Of a DNA stretch of 64,000 bases, positions 29,646 through 39,306 are shown one piece after another. The notes beneath the pieces were generated by a model, which ran no database searches, was not told the DNA's origin, and worked only from the letters and a program-made list of their open reading frames with translations. The position numbers and the translations under genes were made by a program. Origin of the DNA: an uncultured Clostridia bacterium (GTDB lineage: Bacteria > Bacillota > Clostridia > Christensenellales > UBA1242). Position 1 is the first letter of the stretch. Each line of letters begins with the position of its first letter. The stretch spans positions 28,868 to 92,867 of the forward strand of contig CALWKG010000004.1 of NCBI GenBank assembly GCA_944381205.1. Reading direction: 5' to 3'.

Positions 29646-29731
29646 AATTTTTTTCACTTTGCGGGATTTTTTAAAACTAGCATTTTATTAGGTATTTTAT
29701 TTGTACTTAATACAAGCAAAAATTAAAAATC

Positions 29732-30289
29732 CTATTTATTTTCTAGCGAGAATTTACAACCGCAATAGTTTTGCCTATAAAGGTTATATTCTTTTGAAAT
29801 TTTTATGCTTTTTAAGAAGCCGTCTTGTTTTTTAAAGTCAGCAACTAGATATTTTATGTCGTATTTTTTTGATAGGCTTTCGCCAATTTGATTTATAACT
29901 TTCGCATCTTTGTGTGGGCTTACAGTTAAAGTAGTCGCAAAAATATCAAATCCATTTTGTTTTGCGTATTTTGCCGTTTTATCAAGCCTTAAAGCAAAAC
30001 ACTTATTACATCTAGCGCCACCTTCTTTTTCATTTTCTAGCCCCTTATATTCTTCATAAAAAAACTGGTTATCGTCGTATGTTCCGTCAATAACAACAAT
30101 GTTTAAATTTGACTCCAAAACATAACGTTTTTGTTCGTTTAGCCTGTGCAAATATTCTTCCTTGGGATAAATGCACGGATTGTAGTAAAAAATTGTCAAA
30201 TCGTATTCGTCTTTTAGCCTATCTATCACAGCGGTGGAACACGGACCGCAACAACTGTGCAACAGCATTTTTAGTTTTTTCATACTCAA
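29732..30289 (-). CDS. queH: Epoxyqueuosine reductase QueH (DUF208)
   Basis: LLHSCCGPCS..., YNPCIYP, RCNKCF and CGCKFS cysteine motifs characteristic of QueH. Confidence 0.85.
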   Translation of the reverse strand: MSMKKLKMLLHSCCGPCSTAVIDRLKDEYDLTIFYYNPCIYPKEEYLHRLNEQKRYVLESNLNIVVIDGTYDDNQFFYEEYKGLENEKEGGARCNKCFALRLDKTAKYAKQNGFDIFATTLTVSPHKDAKVINQIGESLSKKYDIKYLVADFKKQDGFLKSIKISKEYNLYRQNYCGCKFSLENK

Positions 30290-30318
30290 CTCGCCTTTTA
30301 ATACTTTTTTAATTCGTA

Positions 30319-32733
30319 TTATTTTATCGTTTCAGTTTTTTCTTTTGAGTGTTTTTGTTTATACTCTTTGGTCTTTTTTACTGTAAAGTTAAATATTTTT
30401 TCAAAGACCCATTTTAGTAGCGGGTATATTAGGCAAATGCAAACTGCACTTATAGATATAAACAATATGTCCCAGTTAGATACAACTTCGTATTCAAACA
30501 AACTCAAAGGCAAAATAAGCAGTGCTAAAAAGCAAAGAAGCAACATACCCGCGCACATTAAACCTTTGTACCAGTCTAGCGGTAGGCATAGGTTAAGCAG
30601 TATAAAGAAAGCACCAAAAATAGTAACGCAGGAAATCAGTGTAGGAAGCATATTTGTTTCGCCAGTTAACTCGCAGTACACATAGCAAGCCACCGCTCCT
30701 AAAAATTGAACCAAAGCCCCCGGCAAAGCCTTTGACGCAAGACTAGCAAGGAAGGAACCTTCCGCTCGATTGTGGTTAGGTTGCAGTGCCAAGAAAAAAG
30801 CCGGAATACCTAAAAATAGACTTTCCCACAACAAAATATGAGTGGTCTTTAACGGGTAGTGATAACGTGCAGATACTAGGGTGAAAAGAGTTAAAAACAT
30901 AATGAAAAACGTCTTTGTTAAAAATAGGGAAGAGGACTTAGAAATGTTGTTTATTACTCGCCTGCCTTCTGCCACAATGCTAGGCATTGCAGAAAAGTTG
31001 TTTTCTAGCATTACAAGGTTGCTGGCACTTCGGGTGGCTTCGCTACCGCTAGCCATAGCAATGGAGCAGTCGGATTCTTTAAGCGCTAAAATATCGTTTA
31101 CCCCGTCGCCTGTCATAGCAACTTTGTGCCCTTCCTTTTTTAGCGCCTTCACAAGCAAACTTTTTTGCTCTGGGGTAACTCTGCCAAAAATACTGTACTT
31201 GTTAGCGCAGGCAATAACTTCTTCGTCAGTCATATTTTCCAAACTAATTGCCTTGTCGTAATTTTTAACACCCACCTTTCTGCTAATGTTGCTAACTGTG
31301 TCCACATTGTCGCCCGAAATTATTTTTATTTCTACGTCATTATTGTTAAACCATTCTATCGTGTCCTTTGCGTCTGGTCTAATATTGTCTTCTATTACGA
31401 TAATTCCTATTGGGGTGTTTTGCTTAGAAATTTTTTCGTCTATATTTTTTTGCTTGCTTTGGCACAAAAGTATAACCCTAAAACCATCTTGGGTAGAATC
31501 TTTAATTGTGCTTAAAATGTCCTTTTTTAGATTTGATTTTTCGGTCACAAATTCAGGGGCGCCTAGCATATACGTACCAAATTTTCCGCCAAATTCTACG
31601 GCAGAAAACTTTCTTTCGCTACTAAACTCTATTACTTTTTTTATGTCAACTTTGCCGTCTTCTGACTTAAAGTATTTATCTAGTGCCAGCGATGTCGCAT
31701 TTTGTGACTTTGTGGCAAAGGTGTAATTTTTCATAATGTCATTTAGTTTTTCTAGTGATATTCCTATTGGAATAACTTTTTTTATAGACATTGTACCATC
31801 GGTTAAAGTACCCGTTTTGTCTAGGCACAAGACGTCTGTCCTTGCAAGCATTTCTATGCTATACAGGTCTTGCACAAGGGTTTTCTTTTTGGCTAGGTTT
31901 ATAACCCCCACCACCAAAGACACACTGGTTAGCAAAAACATACCCACAGGCAACATACCTATTATTGCGCCCGACGTGCCTTCTATTGTTTCGTTAATGG
32001 AAAACGCGCTTTTTAAATCAAAAAACGTGAGTATCCCAAGCGGAACAATTATTATCCCCAACGTTCGTACAATAAAGTTTAAAGTCTTTAAAATGTCGCT
32101 TTGATTTGTTTTTAGTTGTTTTGCCTTTTTTATTAGGGTAGAACTGTACGTTTCTAACCCGACCTTTGTAGTTATGGCTTTGCAAGCCCCACTAACAATG
32201 TAACTGCCACCTAAAAGGTTGTCGCCCTTTACTTTTCGTATGGGTTTGCTTTCGCCGGTTAGCAAACTCTCGTTTACTTCGATTTCCCCGTCTAAAAGTA
32301 TGCAGTCGGCGCAAATTTGGTCACCGTTTTTCATAAAAACAATGTCGTCTTTTACAACTTTGTCTATGTCAACGTTGGTTTTGTTCCCATCACGCAAGAC
32401 TTCAACTTTTGCCTTGGTCACAATGGTAATGCTGTCCACTACTTTTTTTGCGCGAATTTCCTGTATAATGCCTATAAGCAAATTGCACATAAAGATTACA
32501 ACAAATAAAACATTGTTGTAACTTTCTATCGCAATTAAAACCCCCGCTACTACAAAGCACACTATATTAAGCCAAGTAAATAGGTTGCTAAAAATTATCC
32601 TAGCATAAGACTTAGATGTCTTTGTAAGGGTGGTGTTTATTTGCTTGTTTAAAACCCTTTCTTCCACCTGCGAAGATGTAAGCCCAGACTCTATGTCAAT
32701 GCTACTGTCTATGTTAATTTTACTTTCTGTCAT
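30319..32733 (-). CDS. Cation-transporting P-type ATPase (HAD-IC family)
   Basis: DKTGTLT phosphorylation motif, TGES, the MTGDGVNDILALKESD hinge; 804 aa with about 10 TM helices. Confidence 0.9.
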   Translation of the reverse strand: MTESKINIDSSIDIESGLTSSQVEERVLNKQINTTLTKTSKSYARIIFSNLFTWLNIVCFVVAGVLIAIESYNNVLFVVIFMCNLLIGIIQEIRAKKVVDSITIVTKAKVEVLRDGNKTNVDIDKVVKDDIVFMKNGDQICADCILLDGEIEVNESLLTGESKPIRKVKGDNLLGGSYIVSGACKAITTKVGLETYSSTLIKKAKQLKTNQSDILKTLNFIVRTLGIIIVPLGILTFFDLKSAFSINETIEGTSGAIIGMLPVGMFLLTSVSLVVGVINLAKKKTLVQDLYSIEMLARTDVLCLDKTGTLTDGTMSIKKVIPIGISLEKLNDIMKNYTFATKSQNATSLALDKYFKSEDGKVDIKKVIEFSSERKFSAVEFGGKFGTYMLGAPEFVTEKSNLKKDILSTIKDSTQDGFRVILLCQSKQKNIDEKISKQNTPIGIIVIEDNIRPDAKDTIEWFNNNDVEIKIISGDNVDTVSNISRKVGVKNYDKAISLENMTDEEVIACANKYSIFGRVTPEQKSLLVKALKKEGHKVAMTGDGVNDILALKESDCSIAMASGSEATRSASNLVMLENNFSAMPSIVAEGRRVINNISKSSSLFLTKTFFIMFLTLFTLVSARYHYPLKTTHILLWESLFLGIPAFFLALQPNHNRAEGSFLASLASKALPGALVQFLGAVACYVYCELTGETNMLPTLISCVTIFGAFFILLNLCLPLDWYKGLMCAGMLLLCFLALLILPLSLFEYEVVSNWDILFISISAVCICLIYPLLKWVFEKIFNFTVKKTKEYKQKHSKEKTETIK

Positions 32734-32835
32734 TATAAACCCCTAACAAGTTTTATTGCTCAAATTTTTGTTAAGTATCGCATTATTATTTATCCACTCA
32801 ATAACTTTTGAGTAATTTACAAAAACCCTGCGTTA

Positions 32836-33423
32836 TTAATTTAATTGCTTTACTACACAAGAGCACAAATCTTCAATAAACTTTTTTGCTTCTTCGCTAT
32901 CTAAATCATATTCGCTGTCAATTTCTTCGGTAAGGCTACAAATAATTCCGTTAAAGGCAAAATTGACGTTGTTTTCTTCTATCTTATACAAAGGTCCTTC
33001 TTCTTCACCCTTTTGGCAAATACGGGTAAATAAAGTCATAATGACTTCTTTGCACTTGTAAAGCATTTCCGTAATGGTGTCTGAGTTTTCTTCTGTTAAA
33101 AATGGGGCATAGTTGTCTAAAAACGTCCACGGCATAACCATCCAGTAGTTTGCCTTCATAGTAATGGCAACTGCTTTAATAAAAACTTTTAGGCTGACAC
33201 GGAAAGTCGAGATTTTAAAATTGTTAGAAAAAAACTTAATCATTTGGTTTAAATAGTAAATTATGCTGTTAAAAACCATCTCGTCCTTACTTGTAAAATA
33301 CTCGTAAATTGTACTTTTGCCCATATTGCATCTTTTTGCCACTTCGGATAGAGTAATCGACTTGTAGTCCACTCGGTCGTTAAGCATAGATAAAACTTCT
33401 TCATATATTAATTCTTTCTTCAT
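32836..33423 (-). CDS. TetR/AcrR family transcriptional regulator
   Basis: N-terminal HTH (ITLSEVAKRCNMGKSTIYEYFTSKDEMV). Lies upstream of and co-oriented with the ATPase. Confidence 0.85.
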   Translation of the reverse strand: MKKELIYEEVLSMLNDRVDYKSITLSEVAKRCNMGKSTIYEYFTSKDEMVFNSIIYYLNQMIKFFSNNFKISTFRVSLKVFIKAVAITMKANYWMVMPWTFLDNYAPFLTEENSDTITEMLYKCKEVIMTLFTRICQKGEEEGPLYKIEENNVNFAFNGIICSLTEEIDSEYDLDSEEAKKFIEDLCSCVVKQLN

Positions 33424-33585
33424 TTTTTATCTCGTCCCCTTGGTTTTATGTAGATATTATAGCAAGCAAATTTTGTTTTGTAAATTAATTTAAAAAACTT
33501 AGTGGTCAAAAATAAAAAAATAATTGTTTTTGCTAGATAAAATTTAGAAATGAGTATATAATATCCATAATTAAGGAGATTTTTT

Positions 33586-34998
33586 ATGAGAAAAACAAAA
33601 ATTGTCTGCACACTAGGGCCGTCGACCGATAAGTACGAAAGTATTTTAAAACTTTTAAAGTGCGGTATGAATGTAGCCCGTCTTAATATGAGTCACGGGG
33701 ATTTAGTGGGACACCAAAACACACTAGACCTTGTTATTAGGGCAAGGGAGCAATTATCTGTTCCTTGTGCAATTATGGTAGACACCTGCGGACCAGAACT
33801 TAGAATAGGTGTTTTTAAAAACCAAAAAGTTTTGCTTAAAAAGGGCGGTAGTTTTACCTTTACGACAAATGACGTCTTGGGTGACGAAAGTGTTGTTTCG
33901 CTTAACTATCCAGAGTTGCTTAAAACATTAAAAAAAGGTCAAAAAATGTATGCCAACAACGGCTTATTGGAGTTTAAGATACAACAGATTACGCGCAGTG
34001 ATATTGTCTGTACCGTTACAGTGGGTGGGGAATTGAGCAACCACAAAAGTGTTTCAATCCCGCACGTTAGATTGCCTTTGCCGTTTATCAGTGAAAAGGA
34101 CGAAAAAAATATAGAGTTTGCCGTAAAAAATAACGTAGAATATATTTCCGCTTCTTTTGTAAGTAGTAAGGAAGACGTTTTGCAAATGCGCGAGTGCATA
34201 AAAAAGTATGGCGGTAGTCAGGAAATTATTTCTAAGATTGAAAGTTTAGAAGGCATTAAAAATTTGGATAGCATTATTGAAGTGAGTGACGGCATTATGG
34301 TCGCCCGCGGAGATATGGGCACGGAGATTCCAATAGAGCAAATTCCCGCAGTGCAAAAGACTATGATTCAAAAGTGTATTTCCAGCGGTAAAAAGGTTAT
34401 TGTCGCTACCGAAATGCTAGAAAGTATGATTTACAAACGTAGACCAACCAGGGCGGAAACCACCGACGTCGCCCAAGCCATTTACGACAAGTCCGGCTCT
34501 ACTATGCTTTCCGGCGAAACGGCCTCGGGGAATTATCCTTTTGACGCGGTTAGCACTATGTCAAAAATAGCCACCGCTACTGAAAGGGTGGTAAACTACG
34601 ACAGCGAAGTCACTACAAACTACAAGCCAGTGCACAAAAATCTTAATGCTATTGCGTATTCCGCCAGTGCTACCGCAAGGGCAATAGGGGCAAAGGCGAT
34701 TGTGTGCTACACCGATAAGGGGAAAACCGCGAATATGATTTCTCGTTTTAGACCAAAGGCACCAATAGTCGCGATAACTCACGATAGACTAACATATAAT
34801 AAACTATCACTAACTTGGGGTGTCGTGCCTGTAATGGTGAGCGAGCAACAAACAATAGACGATATGTTACAAACGGCAAGTAAAATTGTAAAGTCAAATA
34901 AACTTGCAAACACGGGTGATAAAATAATTGTAACCTTAGGTATCCCAACCAACGAAAAGGGCACCACCAACGCAGTCCATATTTATGAAGTGGTTTAA
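33586..34998 (+). CDS. pyk: Pyruvate kinase
   Basis: MRKTKIVCTLGPS start, MVARGDMG, TEMLESM; 470 aa. Confidence 0.95.
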   Translation: MRKTKIVCTLGPSTDKYESILKLLKCGMNVARLNMSHGDLVGHQNTLDLVIRAREQLSVPCAIMVDTCGPELRIGVFKNQKVLLKKGGSFTFTTNDVLGDESVVSLNYPELLKTLKKGQKMYANNGLLEFKIQQITRSDIVCTVTVGGELSNHKSVSIPHVRLPLPFISEKDEKNIEFAVKNNVEYISASFVSSKEDVLQMRECIKKYGGSQEIISKIESLEGIKNLDSIIEVSDGIMVARGDMGTEIPIEQIPAVQKTMIQKCISSGKKVIVATEMLESMIYKRRPTRAETTDVAQAIYDKSGSTMLSGETASGNYPFDAVSTMSKIATATERVVNYDSEVTTNYKPVHKNLNAIAYSASATARAIGAKAIVCYTDKGKTANMISRFRPKAPIVAITHDRLTYNKLSLTWGVVPVMVSEQQTIDDMLQTASKIVKSNKLANTGDKIIVTLGIPTNEKGTTNAVHIYEVV

Positions 34999-35282
34999 AC
35001 TATTTTTTCACTAAAAAGGTTTTAGTTTATAATCTTTTGTTTTTATCTGTCTCACTTTTTTCAAAATTAAATTTATGTATACTTTTGTACTGTGTATTAA
35101 TGGTATTTATTCTTTTTTATTTTTTTAAATTACACGCATAGTATAGAAACAAGAAATAGAAAATTTTTGTACTTTTTACCATTTCGCCTATACATAGTTT
35201 TTTGTTTGCAGTTATCACTTTTTTTTTACGTTATTTTTACGTTTTTTGTTATTTTAGGGAATCCACTATTATTCAGTTTTAT

Positions 35283-35490
35283 TCGTCATTCTGAGCAAAG
35301 CGAAGAATCCCCGGGGTTGCTTCGTCATTCTGAGAGTAGACCAGCAGCGATGGACAATCGAAGAATCCCCTGTCGCTCAGCCACGACCTTTTAGGTGCTG
35401 GCTCAAAATTAATTTAAAGGCACAATGATTTTTTTACAAAAATCAAAAAGTGCTAATAACAAATAACTTTTCGCTCTATTTAAAAATTTG
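35283..35490. repeat. Mosaic repeat cluster R5 (A x2, F, degenerate E)
   Basis: A at 35284 and 35323; F at 35376-35450. Confidence 0.85.
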
Positions 35491-35640
35491 TCAGATTAAA
35501 TAAAAACTTACACAAATTTTAATTTATAAAAAAACAGCAAGTTGAGCACAAAAGGTGAATTGTTTATTTATTTCAAAAAATATAAATTTCCTTTGATAGA
35601 CTTGTCTTTATTTCTGCCTTTTTCATACTTACAAAGATAA

Positions 35641-35669
35641 TTGACAAATTTCTCAATTTTACATATAAT
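35641..35669 (+). promoter_or_regulatory. Consensus sigma-A type promoter (TTGACA-17 nt-TATAAT)
   Basis: TTGACA 35641-35646, exact 17-nt spacer, TATAAT 35664-35669, about 30 nt before the ATG at 35700. Confidence 0.65.
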
Positions 35670-35699
35670 ACTTTCGAAGAATATTTACAGGGGGTTTTT

Positions 35700-36464
35700 A
35701 TGTTTTTACCGGGTTCTATATTATCATCTATTAGTTGGTCTGCAATATTTTTGTTTTTAGTGATAGGTTTGCTTGGACTTTGGGTGGCATATAGTTTTCT
35801 TAACAAAAACGGATTGTTTTTATTTGCTATCCTTGCGGTTATGCTATCATTTTTCTTGCCGGCAACTAATTTCTTTAATTATGCCGTTCCTATGTCTGCG
35901 GTGTTTATGCCACTAGTGTTTTTCTGCTTTCTTGTGTTGTACGAAAAATTTGGCAAGTTAGAAGCACGAAGGCTATTTGTATACATACTTTGTGAACTAT
36001 GTACCCTTTGCGTTTGCTTGTTCTTTGTCTTTGCCTATATAGCGGCAATGGGCAGTGGTATGGGGCAGGCTTTATCTTGGCAAATGTTAGGCGGATTTAT
36101 TAGCCAACTTATAAGTTTTGTGGTGGTTATGTTTTTATCCAACTTTATTGTTGAAAAATTTCCGCTTAAACAACATAAGTACCTTAGAAGGTCTATTTTA
36201 GGAACAATAGCCAGTGTGCTTAATATCCTTATTATTACCTTTGTTGGCAACGCGGGTGTGATTTCGTTTGTAGATATGCTTGTGATTTTTGCAATAGGGG
36301 TTGTGTTTGCAGCGGGTGTAAGTTTTGCCGTTTGCTATTTAAGAAAGTTTTTAAATAGAGAACCAATCCAAAAGCAAGAAGAACAACAAGAGCCGGAAAA
36401 GGCTGATAACGAAGGCGAAACAGAACCTTCTGACGAAGAAGATACAACAGATTTGCAAAATTAA
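35700..36464 (+). CDS. Integral membrane protein with acidic C-terminal tail; weak resemblance to the VUT/YhhQ (DUF165) transporter family
   Basis: About 6 TM helices. The segment LYEKFGKLEARRLF recalls the YhhQ-family FG..ARR region. The family assignment is tentative. Confidence 0.6.
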   Translation: MFLPGSILSSISWSAIFLFLVIGLLGLWVAYSFLNKNGLFLFAILAVMLSFFLPATNFFNYAVPMSAVFMPLVFFCFLVLYEKFGKLEARRLFVYILCELCTLCVCLFFVFAYIAAMGSGMGQALSWQMLGGFISQLISFVVVMFLSNFIVEKFPLKQHKYLRRSILGTIASVLNILIITFVGNAGVISFVDMLVIFAIGVVFAAGVSFAVCYLRKFLNREPIQKQEEQQEPEKADNEGETEPSDEEDTTDLQN

Positions 36465-36540
36465 CTTGCAAAGTATAATTGTTTTGTATTATAATGCTTG
36501 TATTAAAAATATCGCATAACTAGTGCAAAACAATTTTTGC

Positions 36541-36616
36541 GGGCACTTAACTCAGTTGGTAGAGTGTCACCTTGACGTGGTGAAAGTCAGGGGTTCGAGT
36601 CCCTTAGTGCCCACCA
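36541..36616 (+). tRNA. tRNA-Val (anticodon GAC)
   Basis: Manual cloverleaf: acceptor GGGCACT/AGTGCCC, anticodon loop TTGACGT, T-loop TTCGAGT, encoded CCA. Confidence 0.9.
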
Positions 36617-36635
36617 ATAAAATTGCAACCATTAA

Positions 36636-36670
36636 ATACCCCACAATATTTTGTTGTGGGGTATATTTTT
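36636..36670 (+). terminator. Intrinsic terminator after tRNA-Val
   Basis: ATACCCCACAA-N7-TTGTGGGGTAT followed by ATTTTT. Confidence 0.75.
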
Positions 36671-36720
36671 AGACTAATTTTTTACTCACCTTTACACAAA
36701 AATGTTTTAAACTATCGGTT

Positions 36721-37005
36721 ATATCGAAGATGTATTTTTCCCGTTATTTTATTTTATTCGTCATTCTGAGTACATTTCGTCATTCTGAGCGAAGCGAAGA
36801 ATCCCCCGGGTTGCTTCGTCATTCTGAGAAGGACCCACCTGACTGGCTTTCGAAGAATCCCCTGTCTCGAAGACGTATAACCATACTGTTGCATACCTTC
36901 CATTAGGGGATATTTCGCTAGCCCATCTTTGCGGGTCGACACTCAATATGACGTTTCCCGTCATTCTGAGCGACAGCGAAGAATCCCCCATCTCGAAGAT
37001 GTATA
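36721..37005. repeat. Mosaic repeat cluster R6 (A x4, B x1)
   Basis: A units at 36768 (truncated), 36778, 36817 and 36959. B at 36903-36953. TCGAAGATGTAT occurs at both ends (36724 and 36992). Confidence 0.85.
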
Positions 37006-37054
37006 ACTCATATAATAACGACTTTTTTTTTATCCATTTCACCCTATTAATAAC

Positions 37055-37082
37055 TTGCCATAAAACAAGGTATGAGTATAAT
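37055..37082 (+). promoter_or_regulatory. Probable greA promoter (TTGCCA-16 nt-TATAAT)
   Basis: Hexamers read directly at 37055-37060 and 37077-37082. Confidence 0.45.
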
Positions 37083-37103
37083 ATCCTAAAAGGGACAAAG
37101 ATT

Positions 37104-37604
37104 ATGTATAACGAACTTACCGAAGGTGATATAAAAAAAATGCAGGAAGAAATTGACTATCGTATGACGGTTTTAAGACCAAGGATAACAAAGGACATTG
37201 TGGAAGCCAAAGCCCACGGCGATTTAAGTGAAAATGCCGAGTACCGTGCATCAAAGAGAGAAAACGGTCAAAACGAGGGAAGAATAGAGTATTTGCAGGC
37301 TATGATACGAACTGCCAAAATAATTAAACCAAACAATGACCCAAACCTAGTTGGCATTTTTGATAAAGTCACCGTTGTTTTTGAAGAAGATAACAGCGAA
37401 GAAACTTTTCAAATCTCAACCACAATGCAAAACGACACTACAAAGGGAATAATTAGTAAAGATTCTCCTTTTGGTCGTGCTGTATTTGGTAAAAAAATAG
37501 GGGATAAAGTACTTGTAAAGGTTAACCCAGAGTACAGTTACTATGTGACAATTAAAAAAATTGAAAAAGCAACAGGAAACAATGTAGATTTACCTATAAG
37601 TTAA
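37104..37604 (+). CDS. greA: Transcription elongation factor GreA
   Basis: AKAHGDLSENAEYRASKRENGQNEGRIEYL matches the GreA coiled-coil signature. The true start is taken as ATG 37104 (MYNELTEGD), because the track's upstream extension runs through repeat DNA. Confidence 0.9.
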   Translation: MYNELTEGDIKKMQEEIDYRMTVLRPRITKDIVEAKAHGDLSENAEYRASKRENGQNEGRIEYLQAMIRTAKIIKPNNDPNLVGIFDKVTVVFEEDNSEETFQISTTMQNDTTKGIISKDSPFGRAVFGKKIGDKVLVKVNPEYSYYVTIKKIEKATGNNVDLPIS

Positions 37605-37610
37605 GGTTAT

Positions 37611-37650
37611 AAAAAACTAGCAATATACAAAACTTTTGCTAGTTTTTTTT
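37611..37650 (+). terminator. Intrinsic terminator after greA
   Basis: CTAGCAA-N12-TTGCTAG followed by T8. Confidence 0.7.
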
Positions 37651-37759
37651 ATGTTAAAGTTTCAAGATGCAAATATTTAAAATTAAAAGTTGTAGTTTTT
37701 AAAATAAAGAGTGCATTTTATTTAAAAAGTAAAAATTTGAATTTTTGATAAGTAAAATT

Positions 37760-38230
37760 TTAAATGTCGTATGCTTCCATTAAACAATCGGCGCCACATT
37801 TTGGACAATAATCATCATTTTTCTTAATGTTTGCACCACATTCTGGACAATGTCCACTTGCAATTGCACGTCTTGCATCGCGTATTTTTTTCTTATATTC
37901 TTTAAATTCTAGGTCAGATTGTTCACTTAATTTTACTACTTCTAAGTTGTCTTGAAGTATATTGCTAAGAGCCGATAACTCTTCGTCGTTTAAGATTCCC
38001 GTGTTTTCTTTTTTTATTTGATTTGCGAATTTTACTATATCAAACATGTTATTTAAATTTTTTGCATGAAGCTTAAGATTTGTACTAATATTTTCAACGT
38101 CATTAAATGCATTTACTATATTATCTTGACTCGCTTCTTCATTTTTAGTTCCGCAATAAGGACAAAATTTACTATCAACTTTTGCCCCACAATTTTTACA
38201 TGTGGACACTTTTGTTATTACTCCTTTCAA
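37760..38230 (-). CDS. Double zinc-ribbon protein (CxxC-N-CxxC at both termini)
   Basis: CKNCGAKVDSKFCPYCG at the N-terminus and CPECGANIKKNDDYCPKCG at the C-terminus. The start is uncertain (TTG 38230 or GTG 38209). Confidence 0.55.
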   Translation of the reverse strand: MKGVITKVSTCKNCGAKVDSKFCPYCGTKNEEASQDNIVNAFNDVENISTNLKLHAKNLNNMFDIVKFANQIKKENTGILNDEELSALSNILQDNLEVVKLSEQSDLEFKEYKKKIRDARRAIASGHCPECGANIKKNDDYCPKCGADCLMEAYDI

Positions 38231-38433
38231 TAATTTTTGATTATTTAACCATATATAATGAAGGCAAAAAAGTCAAACTTATTAAAATTAAACCTTATAT
38301 TTTTATTAAAATTAGGTAAACGAAAACTTAATTTTAAAAAAGTTTTTATCCTTTTTGTCAGTGTTATACGCTATTTAATTTGATTTATTTACTTTTAAAA
38401 ATTGTTTTTTTGGGCTTAATTTTTATTTTTTTA

Positions 38434-38485
38434 ATAAAAAACATAGTAATGTTTTAACCCTATGGGTTAGTTTACTATGTTTTTT
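38434..38485 (-). terminator. Intrinsic terminator after tRNA-Arg
   Basis: ACATAGTAA...TTACTATGT stem with nested TAACCC/GGGTTA, followed by a T-run on the minus strand. Confidence 0.65.
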
Positions 38486-38562
38486 TGGTGTTCCCGGTGC
38501 GATTCGAACGCGCGACCTTCCCCTTAGGAGGGGGACGCTCTATCCAACTGAGCTACGGAAAC
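38486..38562 (-). tRNA. tRNA-Arg (anticodon CCT)
   Basis: Manual cloverleaf on the minus strand: acceptor GTTTCCG/CGGGAAC, anticodon loop CTCCTAA, T-loop TTCGAAT, encoded CCA. There is one C-A mismatch in the T stem. Confidence 0.85.
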
Positions 38563-38697
38563 AAGTTTTTTATTTGCGGTAGTAGTATACCACAAAAATA
38601 AACTTTTGCAAATAAAAAATTTTAATAAAGTTTTCAAATCATTAGACAAAATTATTTTTTTTGGAATATATTAGGTACATAAAAAGGAAATCTATTT

Positions 38698-39306
38698 ATG
38701 GAAGAAAATATTTTTATTGAAAGCACTGTCAAACTTGGCAAAAATGTCAAAATTTACCCATTTAATGTGCTTATGGGTAGTTGCGTCATAGGGGACAACT
38801 GCGTGCTATACCCATATAATTTTATAAAAGACAGCGAAATTGGCAATGATTGCGAGATATCGTCTAGCAATATAGTAAATTCTACCATTGGGGCAAACAG
38901 CATTGTAGGACCCTTTGCGAGAATTAGACCCGATAGTAAAATTGGGGATAACTGCAAAATTGGCAATTTTGTCGAAGTAAAAAATTCCACGTTGCAAAGC
39001 GGTACAAAGGCTAGCCACTTGGCTTACATTGGCGATGCCGAAGTTGGCGAAAACACAAACATTGGCTGTGGGGCGATTTTTGTAAATTACAACGGAAAAA
39101 TTAAAAACAAAATAAGGGTGGGTAAAGGTTGCTTTGTAGGTAGCAATGTCAATTTGATTGCCCCTTTAAATGTCGCCGATAATACATATATTTGCGCGGG
39201 AACAACTCTAACTAAAAACACCGATAAATACGATTTTGTCATTGGCAGAACACCGCAAATGGTAAAACCTGATTTGGCAAAAAAATATTTAAAGGGGGAA
39301 GATTAA
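38698..39306 (+). CDS. Stand-alone left-handed beta-helix acetyltransferase equivalent to the C-terminal (GlcN-1-P N-acetyltransferase) domain of GlmU
   Basis: GPFARIRPDSKIGDNCKIGNFVEVKNS...KASHLAYIGDAEVGENTNIGCGAIFVNYNGKIKNK...VGSNVNLIAPLNV aligns by eye with the B. subtilis GlmU C-terminal half. There is no nucleotidyltransferase domain. glmM follows immediately. Confidence 0.8.
   Translation: MEENIFIESTVKLGKNVKIYPFNVLMGSCVIGDNCVLYPYNFIKDSEIGNDCEISSSNIVNSTIGANSIVGPFARIRPDSKIGDNCKIGNFVEVKNSTLQSGTKASHLAYIGDAEVGENTNIGCGAIFVNYNGKIKNKIRVGKGCFVGSNVNLIAPLNVADNTYICAGTTLTKNTDKYDFVIGRTPQMVKPDLAKKYLKGED

Noticed and set aside
33420-33611. 63-aa minus-strand ORF between tetR and pyk
   Set aside because: It overlaps the pyk start and promoter region, its translation is hydrophobic and low-complexity, and it has no RBS.
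35470-35699. preQ1 or other riboswitch ahead of the YhhQ-like membrane protein
   Set aside because: A consensus promoter at 35641-35669 leaves only about 30 nt of leader, which is too short for a riboswitch aptamer.
36948-37103. N-terminal 52-codon extension of greA in the ORF track
   Set aside because: The extension reads through repeat module A (VILSDSEESP). GreA homology begins at MYNELTEGD, and a promoter-like TTGCCA/TATAAT lies inside the extension.
38563-38697. glmS ribozyme upstream of the glm operon or of glmS itself
   Set aside because: glmS overlaps glmM, so no leader exists. The 135-nt region upstream of the first gene is very AT-rich, and I could not see the conserved GC-rich ribozyme core. 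An Infernal scan is needed for certainty.
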